From assembly GCA_965204285.1 (NCBI GenBank), contig OZ241980.1, forward strand, positions 1,733,811 through 1,797,810: 64,000 bases of DNA. Reading direction: 5' to 3'. Positions within the stretch are counted from its first letter, which is position 1; every line of letters begins with the position of its first letter. The notes beneath the pieces were generated by a model. That model was not told the DNA's origin and searched no databases. It saw only the letters and a list, made by a program, of their open reading frames with translations. Shown here in pieces: positions 8,623-18,611 of this stretch. Source of the DNA: Candidatus Poribacteria bacterium (lineage in GTDB: Bacteria > Poribacteria > WGA-4E > WGA-3G). The translations under genes were made by a program, and so were the position numbers.

Positions 8623-10653
8623 ATGTCCAGAAATGTTTTGGCTATCATAATCGTCATGCTGTTATCTATTAACACAATATGCTACGCAGCAGACATGCCC
8701 ACATACGAACTCATCCAACGTGTAAATTTGGCACGCTGGGACATCAGAAGCGGCGAAGTCCAAGCAGAAATATCTACTGAAAATGCTGCTCGAAAAACGG
8801 AAGAAGAAATTACCGAATCTATAAAAAAGAGTATAGAAGATGAGTTGAAAAGTTATGCGCCACTTGAAGGCGTTGACAAGGAAACGTTTGAGAAAGAATA
8901 TCTCATACCGAATGCGAATTACAATGCAAATCGGTATCGCAAACATACAGAAGTAGAACACAAATCAACGCTATTTCAGATTATTGAACCAGATACCGCT
9001 GGCTTCCCTAAACTTTTCCAATATAAATTAATATTGGAGAGGTCACCCGGATATTCTTTAGATAGTGAAGTCGCACAGAATCACCATGCAAGTGAATTAC
9101 TCATTCTTGCTTATGACATTGAAACTCAAGTAAGGCAATCTATTGGGAATCTGATATCTCCCATGAGTTCAGTTGAGATAGAGGATTCTACTGTATGGTA
9201 TGGATATACGCCTTATTCGCTATTTGGAAGGTCGTTTTTCAAAGTGCCAATGGATGCGCAATTCGTTGGAAAAGAAAACATTGATGGAGCGGAATGTTAT
9301 GTCTTGGAATTTACGAACGTTTACGAGCAGAAAAACAGAATTTGGGTGGATGAATCCCTTCGCTATTGTATACGCAAGTTTGAATCTTTAGGTGCCGCTG
9401 AAACAGACGCTATATCTTATCGTGTAGAGAATAAAGACTTTCAGAAATTCGATGAGATGTGGTTTCCTATGCATATACAAGAAACCTATTATAAAAAAGA
9501 TGGATCAATACGTGAGCGTCTTACCAACAAAATCGCTTCTGCAGAGTTTAATGTCGATTTTCCAAAGGATTTCTTTAAGATAGATAGAAACCGATATGAA
9601 CCTCGCAGAACCGGACCACCATCACCTTCCTCTGAGATGCTTCTGCTGAGCGGTCTAAACAGTCTGGCGCACTATTGTAAATTGCTAAAGGTTGAAACGG
9701 ATATTCAAGAACTTATGCGGCTGTCAGATTTCGATCCAGCACAAGGCACTACGATGAGCGAATTGAGAAAGGCTGCCGTTGCCAAGGGCATACCGCTAAC
9801 AAGTATAGAGACATCACTGGATTCGCTGAAACGGAATTTGGTGTCGTTGCCAGCTATCACTTATGTGGATACCAACCATTTTCTTATCTTTGAATCTGCG
9901 GATAGGGACGGTGTGAAAGTCGTTGATCCATTTTACAAGTATTATCCGTATCTGACTTGGGCAGAAGTCTCTAAGATATGGAGTGGTGAACTGCTTGTCT
10001 TTGATAAGATGGACGGCCAGCAAGCGATACCGATGCAGGTGCCGATGGTCTACGCAGACGAAACAGTTTTCAACTTCGGAAGAGCGTTCGGTGGTAGTCA
10101 AGTTCAACACACTTTTGCTGTCAAAAACATCGGTCAAAAACCGTTGAATATTCTTGACATTACCGAAACATGTGCATGTACTGCAACCGTCCTGTCACAA
10201 AATGAAGTTCTACCTGGTGAAATAGGTACAGTTTTAGCAACCATGAAGATTTATCCTGGAAATGGCATGATGCAAGAATACATACACTTACATACGGATG
10301 ATCCGACACAGAACACATTGACATTTACACTTACAGGACAAGCATTTACACCGCTCAAAACGTTACCCGATATGGTAGCATTCGGGCAAAGAAAATTGCT
10401 TCTCAATCAACCCATAACGAAGCGGGTTTCCATACACTTACAAAAGAATACGAAAATACTGAATGTAAGAACCGATTCGGAGCATATCAAAGCAACATTG
10501 GAGACAAAGAGTGGTATTCCGCATGCAAATCTACAATTTATACCGACCTTTCCTATTGGGAAATTTAATCAATACCTTATGGTTGATTATGAACATAAAG
10601 GCCAGAAAGCCACTCACATAGTTTACATTCATGGCGAGATATTAGAGAACTAA
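8623..10653 (+). CDS. secreted multidomain paralog 2: shared N-domain + C39-like (Cys->Ser) peptidase-like domain + DUF1573-like domain
   Basis: The N-terminal ~330 aa is homologous to the neighbours. The middle region (LLLSGLNSLAHYC..ITYVDTNHFLIFE) resembles a papain-like C39 domain. The C-terminal region (FGRAFGG..KNIGQKPLNILDITETCACTA) resembles DUF1573. Confidence 0.5.
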   Translation: MSRNVLAIIIVMLLSINTICYAADMPTYELIQRVNLARWDIRSGEVQAEISTENAARKTEEEITESIKKSIEDELKSYAPLEGVDKETFEKEYLIPNANYNANRYRKHTEVEHKSTLFQIIEPDTAGFPKLFQYKLILERSPGYSLDSEVAQNHHASELLILAYDIETQVRQSIGNLISPMSSVEIEDSTVWYGYTPYSLFGRSFFKVPMDAQFVGKENIDGAECYVLEFTNVYEQKNRIWVDESLRYCIRKFESLGAAETDAISYRVENKDFQKFDEMWFPMHIQETYYKKDGSIRERLTNKIASAEFNVDFPKDFFKIDRNRYEPRRTGPPSPSSEMLLLSGLNSLAHYCKLLKVETDIQELMRLSDFDPAQGTTMSELRKAAVAKGIPLTSIETSLDSLKRNLVSLPAITYVDTNHFLIFESADRDGVKVVDPFYKYYPYLTWAEVSKIWSGELLVFDKMDGQQAIPMQVPMVYADETVFNFGRAFGGSQVQHTFAVKNIGQKPLNILDITETCACTATVLSQNEVLPGEIGTVLATMKIYPGNGMMQEYIHLHTDDPTQNTLTFTLTGQAFTPLKTLPDMVAFGQRKLLLNQPITKRVSIHLQKNTKILNVRTDSEHIKATLETKSGIPHANLQFIPTFPIGKFNQYLMVDYEHKGQKATHIVYIHGEILEN

Positions 10654-10721
10654 GGCATCAACCGGACGCATCACATTTTGAGCAAATCCTCTCAACAAAA
10701 AATTGGAATAGGAGATAAACC

Positions 10722-11729
10722 TTGTATAAAAACGCAATCACAATTATTATAACATTACTGTTTTTCGTTTCTGTATCCTCGTTAGCGGATATATCCGTAG
10801 AAGAATTGATCAACGGTGTGAACAAGGCACGACTTACAATCAAAAGCGGCGAGGTTTATTCCAAAACGATAGAAGAAAGTGAAGCACGAAAAACTGAGGA
10901 AGAGATCGCTGAATGGATCAAAACGGAGAAGGAGGAGGAATTAAGACGTTTCATTCCCTTGCAATTATCTCCTGATGTTGATAAGGAAAAGTATGAAGCA
11001 GAATATCTCAAAGCGTCTCTTGAAGATCGGTCTCGAGGGTATCGTAAACACAAGAATATTAGCCGGACGACAACACTCTTTAAAGTTCTGAAGGCAGGTG
11101 ACTTGTCCCAAAAACCTCAATACCAGTATAAGTTAACGCTGGTTGACTCACCAGGAGTTCCACTTGATGAGATGTCAAGCCGATTCAGACCGTCAGATGA
11201 TATTTTTCTCCTCGTTTACGATAAGCAAACACAAGTCCGAGAATCTATAGGAGATATTATCTTTTCCTTAGATCATCCATCTGGTATTACTTTTTATGAT
11301 AGGAGTCAACATGGAGGGTATCCTAATTTTCACTTTTGGGGTAGATCGGGGTACTTTGTTCCACCCGATGCAAAACATATCGGAACAGAGAAGATTAACG
11401 GTGTGGAATGCCATATCCTTGCATTTACCGCATCAGACAGTCGGAGAATCAAAATATGGATTGATCCTGAAAAAGATTATGCAGTCCATAGGATTGACCA
11501 TATACATCCCACAATGGAACTGGTCTTTTGGCGGAGTTTTTATAAACAGTTCGTCAAGTATGGGGATATCTGGTTTCCGCAGGTTCATGTTGGTAATACT
11601 TTTTTCCGGGATGGCAGGGTATTGAGAACGATTACAGATGAAGTGGTTGATGCGGAATTTAATGTTGATTTTCCCGATGGTTTTTTTGAGTTTGAACGAG
11701 AATATTATAAGCCGCAGGATATGGAGTAG
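10722..11729 (+). CDS. secreted protein of unknown function, paralog 3 of 3
   Basis: TTG start with an AGGAG RBS and a signal peptide. It carries the same conserved motifs as paralogs 1 and 2. Confidence 0.55.
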   Translation: MYKNAITIIITLLFFVSVSSLADISVEELINGVNKARLTIKSGEVYSKTIEESEARKTEEEIAEWIKTEKEEELRRFIPLQLSPDVDKEKYEAEYLKASLEDRSRGYRKHKNISRTTTLFKVLKAGDLSQKPQYQYKLTLVDSPGVPLDEMSSRFRPSDDIFLLVYDKQTQVRESIGDIIFSLDHPSGITFYDRSQHGGYPNFHFWGRSGYFVPPDAKHIGTEKINGVECHILAFTASDSRRIKIWIDPEKDYAVHRIDHIHPTMELVFWRSFYKQFVKYGDIWFPQVHVGNTFFRDGRVLRTITDEVVDAEFNVDFPDGFFEFEREYYKPQDME

Positions 11730-11750
11730 GAGCGATCTCCGAATAGCGAT
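11726..11750. repeat. REP-like unit (GTAGGAGCGATCTCCGAATAGCGAT)
   Basis: Single degenerate A-type unit overlapping the stop of the ORF at 10722. Confidence 0.6.
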
Positions 11751-11792
11751 TGCATTCCTAACAATACGCGACAAAAATCATGAGGTAGCAAT

Positions 11793-14462
11793 ATGGAAGA
11801 TAACACTGTCCAACTCGTCAACAGGATTTTAACTGGTGAAGAGGAAGCATTTAGCATATTAGTACGGAAATATCAGAAGAGAATCCACGCCCTCGCTTGG
11901 CGGAAGATTGGGGACTACCATATCGCCGAAGAGATAACACAAGATACCTTCATCCGAGTATACAAAAACCTGTCCGAACTAAAAAACCCAAAACTATTTG
12001 ATGGATGGCTTTTCGTTATTACAAACAATCTATGCAAAAATTGGCTCGAAAGGAATAAAGACACGATGCCATTTTTGGAAGATGTTTCTATTGAAGAGAG
12101 AAATAGAACTTATCATACACAATACCAATCAGAGCAACGTATGACAGAAATTAGAGAACATTACCGTGAAGTTGCCAAGAAGCTTCTGGAAAAATTACCG
12201 GAGAGTGAACGCACTGTCATTACCCTCTATTATCTCAGCGAAATGTCCGTAAAAGATATAGGTAATTTCTTAGGTGTATCCGCCAACACCATCAAAAGTA
12301 GGCTGCATCGGGCAAGAAACCGATTAGAAGCGGAAGAACACCTTTTGATGTCTGAAGCATTTGGGGGTTTACAACTCTCTACAGATCTCACCGAAAACAT
12401 CATGAAGCAGATTGCAGACATAAAACCGACACCACAAGTAGCAAAACCATTACTACCGTGGATGGCTTTTGGCACTGCTGCGGTTTTGGTTATATTATTG
12501 CTGGGTGCAATGAGTCAACGGCTTGGTCTTATTCAAAAACCGTATGACTTTAATGCCCAATCAGAAGCAACGATTGAAATTGTTGAATCTCCTATACACC
12601 TCAATATTGTTTCTGAACCTGATCTACGCAATCAAATGGGGAAGAGTATTATTGATGGAAATATTGATGGTGATGAATCACAGGTATCTGAAGCGGTCTT
12701 TATGAATAATGCCCATGAGAATGTTACACATTTATCGTCAGTATGGAAACAGACAAATGTACCACAAGGAGACCCTGTCTATAATATCTTTGCTACCTCA
12801 AATGGTAATCTCTACGCATTTTCCTGGACTGGTGTTTACAAATTAAGCAGAGGCACGACATCATGGAGAAATATCAGCGCAAGCATACCTACAAATATCG
12901 TCGGGGCGCCAATCGCTGAATATCAGGGGACGCTATATGTTGTTGGTAGCGATAATATATACGCCTCAACTGATGATGGCATCTCATGGCAAGTATTTTC
13001 TTCCCGTCCAATTGGAAAACTTATCGGATTCGTCATAAGGGATAAAACATTCGAACGAAAATTACGCACAAGTTTTGTCATGTATGTTGCCACACAGGAT
13101 AAAGGGGTATTTCGGTCTACCGATGCTGGTAGAAAATGGACTCTACTTAATGACAGCTTGACAAATAAAAAGATAACAGCAATTGCCGCGATGGGTAATG
13201 CTGTGTTTATTGGCACGAACCAAGGGCTTTATCGCTTGATTTCAGATGATTTGGAACGGTTATCTATGGTGGATAATACGGACAACGCAATCCACGCATT
13301 GGCAGTTGATGAGAATAACCTTTATGTAGCAACGGGGCAAGATTTTCTTATCCATGACTTTTCCGATGCAAAAAATAGAGAGACTCGTAAGATATCCCAC
13401 TCAACGAACCTCGGTATGACGTGGACTGATATAACGCCTAAAGATAAATATTTCATGATCGGCACATCTCCTGCAAGCCCAACTCGTATTATAGCAAAAG
13501 GTTCAATGTTATTCGTTTTAGGTATCCCAACATTTCAATCAACAGATGCGGGGCAAACGTGGATACACTTTGGCTTTGACAGTAAATCATTCTCATCATC
13601 TAATGCAACCGTTTTGGCAGTGGATGAGAATACCTTTTACAAGTTGGATAAGTTCAGCATTCATCGCACAATTGATAGTGGCACAACGTGGCATCCTTTC
13701 ATGAATGGAATTGTCGGAACAGATGTCCAGGAGTTGATTGTATTTAACAATCGGCTCTATGTGTATACAGGCAGCGACATTTATGAAATGATGGACAACG
13801 AGAAAATATGGGTACCGGTGCGTTTTGATTATGGGCAGTTTATATCTGAACAGCTTGGACAGTCGGGGTCTTATGTACATCATCTTACGGATTCCAAGTT
13901 TGTGATTGATGGCAAATCTCTTTACCTGATTTCATCACAAGGTGAGGATTTAGACATTTTTCGTTTACGCACAGGTGAAGCTGCGTTTTCGCTTGTTCAA
14001 AAAATCTCTTCTCGGAAACTATGGACAAACGCCAAATCATCATCCACTACACTGCTCTCTGAAGGCAAACAGAATATCAAATTCACAGAAAATAACACCC
14101 TTTTCATAGCATACAAAAATAGACTTTTAAAATGGGATACGGAAAGTTTAATATTTACGGACACCGGCTTGATAGATACAAACTACTACCCTGATCATGA
14201 AATGGATATTGGATTCAAGATAGCTGCTTCATCACAAACCGTCTATGTCGGTAAACGAGATGGGAAACTATTTCAATCCATTAATGGCGGAGAAAGTTGG
14301 AGGGATATAACATTGAGTCTACCCTCAACCTTCACTCATATTAAGGATATCGTATTTGCTAATCTGAAGGTATATGTGGCAACAGATAAAGGTGTCTTAT
14401 GTTCGCAAACTGGCGAATATTGGCGTTGCTCACCAATGATGTTGGAAGACATATCGTCATAG
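11793..14462 (+). CDS. ECF sigma factor fused to TM helix and extracytoplasmic BNR/Asp-box beta-propeller (one-component sigma/sensor)
   Basis: Sigma-70 region 2 (FIRVYKNL..FDGWLFVITNN) and region 4 (ERTVITLYYLSEMSVKDIGNFLGVSANTIKSRLHRARNRL) are followed by a hydrophobic helix. After that come more than six S/T-x-D-x-G-x-(T/S)-W repeats (STDDGISW, STDAGRKW, STNLGMTW, STDAGQTW, TIDSGTTW, SINGGESW). Confidence 0.7.
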   Translation: MEDNTVQLVNRILTGEEEAFSILVRKYQKRIHALAWRKIGDYHIAEEITQDTFIRVYKNLSELKNPKLFDGWLFVITNNLCKNWLERNKDTMPFLEDVSIEERNRTYHTQYQSEQRMTEIREHYREVAKKLLEKLPESERTVITLYYLSEMSVKDIGNFLGVSANTIKSRLHRARNRLEAEEHLLMSEAFGGLQLSTDLTENIMKQIADIKPTPQVAKPLLPWMAFGTAAVLVILLLGAMSQRLGLIQKPYDFNAQSEATIEIVESPIHLNIVSEPDLRNQMGKSIIDGNIDGDESQVSEAVFMNNAHENVTHLSSVWKQTNVPQGDPVYNIFATSNGNLYAFSWTGVYKLSRGTTSWRNISASIPTNIVGAPIAEYQGTLYVVGSDNIYASTDDGISWQVFSSRPIGKLIGFVIRDKTFERKLRTSFVMYVATQDKGVFRSTDAGRKWTLLNDSLTNKKITAIAAMGNAVFIGTNQGLYRLISDDLERLSMVDNTDNAIHALAVDENNLYVATGQDFLIHDFSDAKNRETRKISHSTNLGMTWTDITPKDKYFMIGTSPASPTRIIAKGSMLFVLGIPTFQSTDAGQTWIHFGFDSKSFSSSNATVLAVDENTFYKLDKFSIHRTIDSGTTWHPFMNGIVGTDVQELIVFNNRLYVYTGSDIYEMMDNEKIWVPVRFDYGQFISEQLGQSGSYVHHLTDSKFVIDGKSLYLISSQGEDLDIFRLRTGEAAFSLVQKISSRKLWTNAKSSSTTLLSEGKQNIKFTENNTLFIAYKNRLLKWDTESLIFTDTGLIDTNYYPDHEMDIGFKIAASSQTVYVGKRDGKLFQSINGGESWRDITLSLPSTFTHIKDIVFANLKVYVATDKGVLCSQTGEYWRCSPMMLEDISS

Positions 14463-14692
14463 ATAAACTCGTTGTGGACGGATTAAGTTTATATGGTGTA
14501 GGGAGTATGGGCATTTATCGCTTAGATTCTGATAGTAAATGGGATCAGATTTCTTCAAGTATCCCTGATAAAGTGCTATCTGTAGCGGTGAGTAGTGATA
14601 AACTTTATATTGCTACAAAACAGCGTGGGATTTTCCATATTTTGCTTGAGGAAAAACCTCTAAAAATTGATGATATCATTAGTTTCCGTTAA
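14399..14692 (+). pseudogene. out-of-frame 3' continuation of the propeller domain (probable frameshift in or near 14440-14462)
   Basis: The -1 frame ORF encodes LYGVGSMGIYRLDSDSKWDQISSSIP...LYIATKQRGIF, which matches the blade motif of the upstream gene. Confidence 0.45.
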
Positions 14693-14740
14693 AGTGGATT
14701 AGATCAATCTATAGATTGAATAAATTTTAATTGTTTCGTC

Positions 14741-16009
14741 TTACGTGTCTGTTCTGAGAGCATCAATGGGGGACATCCGTGATGCACGCATTGCGGGATA
14801 GATCCCAAAACACACCCCCATGAAAATGGAGAAAATCACAGAGATTAGTATCCAAAACAAAGAGAGAACAACTGGCCACTCTGGCACAATCGGCAGAATT
14901 CGCACGGCAAGCCTTGCCATGCCGTGTGCTGCAAACCATCCACCTATAATGCCGAGAACCGCACCGCAGAAACAGAGACATATCGATTCTGTTAAGAATT
15001 GCAAGAAGATATGAAGGCGTTTCGCACCTACAGATTTACGCAAACCTATCTCTCGGGTTTTTTCACCTACAGAAACAAGACCCATATTCATAACACTAAT
15101 ACCGCTAACAAATAGGGAAATGCCAGCAATTCCGCCTAACGCAATTTTTATCACCTTTTCAATATGCTCAAGTCGTCGGATGTTAACTTTCGGTATCCCA
15201 AAACCAATAAAGTCATCTTTTCCTCTGTGTCTTTTACGCAGGACATCCTTAACAGAATCGATGATATTATAAACATCCGCGTCCTTTTCAAAAAAGACAG
15301 TGAGGTTGTCAATATAGCGGTTGCTAAAAATCCGTTGTTGGCGTGTTGTCAACGGCACGCAAATCGTTTCATCCAAAGAACGCCAGGAGCTGACGCTGCT
15401 GCCTTTTGTTTTCATCACACCGACAACCCACAACCTTACCGCGGGGTTCTGCCACGAAAAACGCACTTTCACCTCTCGTCCAAGCGGTGATTTTTCTCCA
15501 AATAACTCATTGGCAATATTTGCACCTAAGACGCAGACCTGTGTTGCGTTTTCAATATCGTTTTTAGAGAGGAATCTACCGGCTTGCACTTCCCATTGCA
15601 TACCGAGGGCATAATCTGCTGTGACACCCTCCAGATGTGGAGCGGGATAGCTTCCGTATCGGTTGGAAACATGGTATGGACGGAATCTTTCGTTTTTCGG
15701 TAAGACAAATAAAACGTTGGGACATTCAGCCTCAATAGTATAGGCATCTTCAAGGGTATATCGTTCGGTAGTGCGTCGCACGAACCGTCCGCTTTTCCAA
15801 ATAGATGTGCGTGTCCAAAATTGAACTTGATTTGCACCCCCAAGTTTCTCAATATCTCTCGCGATGAGAAGTTTCGCGCCATCGCCGATTGCCATCATAC
15901 ATAACACACTCGCAACCCCAATGAAAATACCGAGAATAGATAAACCAGCGCGTAGTTTATTTCGAGCAAGGTGTGCAATACCTATGGTGATAGCATCACG
16001 TAGTTTCAT
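14741..16009 (-). CDS. ABC transporter permease, MacB/FtsX family
   Basis: An N-terminal TM helix, a large periplasmic domain and a C-terminal FtsX-like four-helix region (GEKTREIGLRKSVGA). There is no adjacent ATPase. The start is uncertain (TTG at 16033 or ATG at 16009). Confidence 0.65.
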   Translation of the reverse strand: MKLRDAITIGIAHLARNKLRAGLSILGIFIGVASVLCMMAIGDGAKLLIARDIEKLGGANQVQFWTRTSIWKSGRFVRRTTERYTLEDAYTIEAECPNVLFVLPKNERFRPYHVSNRYGSYPAPHLEGVTADYALGMQWEVQAGRFLSKNDIENATQVCVLGANIANELFGEKSPLGREVKVRFSWQNPAVRLWVVGVMKTKGSSVSSWRSLDETICVPLTTRQQRIFSNRYIDNLTVFFEKDADVYNIIDSVKDVLRKRHRGKDDFIGFGIPKVNIRRLEHIEKVIKIALGGIAGISLFVSGISVMNMGLVSVGEKTREIGLRKSVGAKRLHIFLQFLTESICLCFCGAVLGIIGGWFAAHGMARLAVRILPIVPEWPVVLSLFWILISVIFSIFMGVCFGIYPAMRASRMSPIDALRTDT

Positions 16010-16255
16010 ATATTCTTTTGAATGCTCTTGCAAAAGGACATCATCAGGTTTTAGCTTTGTGTTTCGCTTGCTGCCTAACCTAACTTATATTCAATTACAT
16101 GAATCCGAATGTTATAAAGAGGGGAATTTTGGACGAAAAGGTTTAAAAAACTAAAAAGTGTGTTTGCCGAAGTAGGGATTTTGGCAAACATACTTTTAGG
16201 AATAAAGCACGGGTTTTGGCAAAAACGGGACTTTTGCGTGAGTCTAATTGGAAAT

Positions 16256-16966
16256 CTATTCGTTTTCACTCATTTTTATTCTTTCACGCGCGATTTCTAC
16301 ATAGGTAACGTCAAGGTCACAACCTGCGAATCTTCGGGAGTTTCTAACAGCAGCAACGCCTGTAGTACCTGAACCGAGAAACGGGTCAACAAGCAGATCG
16401 CCCTGGTTACTATGTTTTCGCACTAAATCTTCAAACAGTGATAAAGGTTTTTGCGTTGGGTGTACCCTGTTTCCATTATGCCGCGGGATTGGATATTCAT
16501 AAACACCAGAATCATATTCGCTATTGAAGGTAGGTTTGCCAACTTTCACTCCCGTAACTGCTACTTCTCGACTATTGGACAGATAGGTTGCCCTCATATT
16601 CAACGGTACAGGATTGGTTTTTTGCCATATAATCAACCGAATCATCTTAAAGCCGGCAGATTCCATTGCTTCTTTTAACCTATCTATTTTCCAAATATCA
16701 TACCATACAATAGCAGTGCCGCCGCGCCGCAATGCATCGTAAAACGATATTGCCATATCCTCAAGGTTAATTTCAGTCTGATCCCATTGCCCAAAATCCA
16801 TACTCACAGCAAACCTTTTCTCTCCATTTTTTACAGACTTAAACCCTGTCTTTTTGCTTATGCAATATGGAGGATCAGTTAAGATAAGGTCAACCGATTT
16901 TGTTGGTAAAGCGGTCATAAAATCTTGGTAATCAGCAGTCTCTACCCGATAATCACAAGGCATCAT
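16256..16966 (-). CDS. DNA methyltransferase, beta-class N4-C/N6-A (orphan)
   Basis: Motif IV LILTDPPY and motif I DPFLGSGTT. No adjacent restriction endonuclease. Confidence 0.75.
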   Translation of the reverse strand: MMPCDYRVETADYQDFMTALPTKSVDLILTDPPYCISKKTGFKSVKNGEKRFAVSMDFGQWDQTEINLEDMAISFYDALRRGGTAIVWYDIWKIDRLKEAMESAGFKMIRLIIWQKTNPVPLNMRATYLSNSREVAVTGVKVGKPTFNSEYDSGVYEYPIPRHNGNRVHPTQKPLSLFEDLVRKHSNQGDLLVDPFLGSGTTGVAAVRNSRRFAGCDLDVTYVEIARERIKMSENE

Positions 16967-17285
16967 GTAAGCACGTCCTTAAGGGCATTATAATAGCGTT
17001 AATTTTCTTAGTACTTATATTGTAGTATAATCAGATACATTGAGTCCAGTATATTTTCTTAATCCTAATTAGCGCAGATCCGTTCAGTTTTTGAAATTTC
17101 TCATCATTTGGACATGGTCGCGAGCCGGAGCTCGCTCCGACAAAAGAGGCTTTAGGGAGAAGGAAGAAATTATTGGAGAATTGAATGGCTCTGTAATTAA
17201 CAAAGTTTTGGTTGAAAACCGCATATTAATCTGATAAACTGTATATAGTGTTAACCGAATCCCGTTACAGTTTCAAGGGGGTAAT

Positions 17286-18599
17286 ATGCAAGAACTTTAC
17301 GATACACAAGCACCAAACCCACCTTCTCATGCAATTCTTGTCGGTGTAAAACTGCGAGATGCCTTGATGCACGAAACAAAGGAATCGCTGCAAGAACTTC
17401 GGCAACTGACCGAAACTGCAGGAATTGAAGTCGTGTGTGAGACCATTCAGTCGCGCAACGTGCCGAATCCAACCTATTTTATTGGAGAAGGTAAGGTTGA
17501 AGAACTTAAGGGTGTCGTTGCGGAACTTGAAGCAGATGCAATCATTTTTGATGAGGAGTTATCACCAGCACAGACGCGAAACATTGAAAACGTGCTTGAT
17601 GTTGCGACTGTTGACAGAACAGGTCTAATCCTACAGGTGTTCGCACAACGCGCATTAACCAGCGAAGCGCGTTTACAAGTCTCTTTGGCGCAATTGGAAT
17701 ATGCGCTCCCGCGACTCACACGGATGTGGACACACCTTTCACGGATTGCGACCAGCGGCGGTAGTGGTAGTGGTGCTCTCCGTGGTCCGGGTGAAACGCA
17801 GCTTGAAATGGACCGTCGATGGGTTCGTAGGCAAATTTCTCAAGTCAAAAAATCATTAGAAACGGTTGAAAAACGGCGGCAGGTGCAACGACAAAACCGT
17901 TCAGAAAAAATCAAAGTTTCTCTTGTAGGATATACTAACGCTGGAAAATCAACCCTTTTCAATACATTAACAGGTGAGAACGTTTTAGCAGAGGATAAAC
18001 TGTTTGCTACCTTAGATTCAACCACGCGGCGGGTGAATTTGCCAGAGAATCAAAACATTCTTTTAAGTGATACCGTCGGTTTTATCAAGAAACTACCGCA
18101 TCAACTCGTTGCTGCATTCAAGGCAACTTTAGAAGAGGTTACAGAGGCTGACCTATTGTTACATGTCGTTGACATTAGCCATCCAGAAACAGAAGCACAA
18201 ATTGCTGCAGTAGATACGGTGCTTCAAGAATTGGATGCTTCTGAGATGCCGATGGTCATGGTATTTAATAAAATAGATCAGCTTGAAAAAGAGGACCAGC
18301 TACATATTCTTAAAGCCCGTTATCCAGAGGCAATATCTATCTCAGCACAACGTGGAGATGGTATTGAAACGCTGACGGAAACGTTAGCACAACGTTTTGC
18401 TTCGCACGGTGCAATGCTCAGTCTGAGTATCCCTTATACGGAAGGAAAAGCATTGGATATGCTCTATAAGCATGGTACGGTGTTAGGCACAGAATATGCT
18501 GAGGATGCTGTTCATGTCAAGGCCCGTCTGCCGGGTCGTTATCTCAAATCGGTATTACAATTTTCGGTTAAGGACACAGAGACTCCGAGCTACAATTAA
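17286..18599 (+). CDS. hflX: GTPase HflX
   Basis: HflX N-domain followed by a G-domain (GYTNAGKSTLFN, DTVGF, NKID). Confidence 0.85.
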   Translation: MQELYDTQAPNPPSHAILVGVKLRDALMHETKESLQELRQLTETAGIEVVCETIQSRNVPNPTYFIGEGKVEELKGVVAELEADAIIFDEELSPAQTRNIENVLDVATVDRTGLILQVFAQRALTSEARLQVSLAQLEYALPRLTRMWTHLSRIATSGGSGSGALRGPGETQLEMDRRWVRRQISQVKKSLETVEKRRQVQRQNRSEKIKVSLVGYTNAGKSTLFNTLTGENVLAEDKLFATLDSTTRRVNLPENQNILLSDTVGFIKKLPHQLVAAFKATLEEVTEADLLLHVVDISHPETEAQIAAVDTVLQELDASEMPMVMVFNKIDQLEKEDQLHILKARYPEAISISAQRGDGIETLTETLAQRFASHGAMLSLSIPYTEGKALDMLYKHGTVLGTEYAEDAVHVKARLPGRYLKSVLQFSVKDTETPSYN

Positions 18600-18611
18600 T
18601 GCGGGTATTGT

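Noticed and set aside
16034-16255. Possible restriction endonuclease partner for either methyltransferase
   Set aside because: No unassigned ORF of suitable size lies next to the MTase at 16256-16966 (the flanks are intergenic or the MacB permease). Next to the MTase at 1-878 the only candidates are the DUF151 nucleases, which are reported as a finding rather than called as a restriction enzyme.
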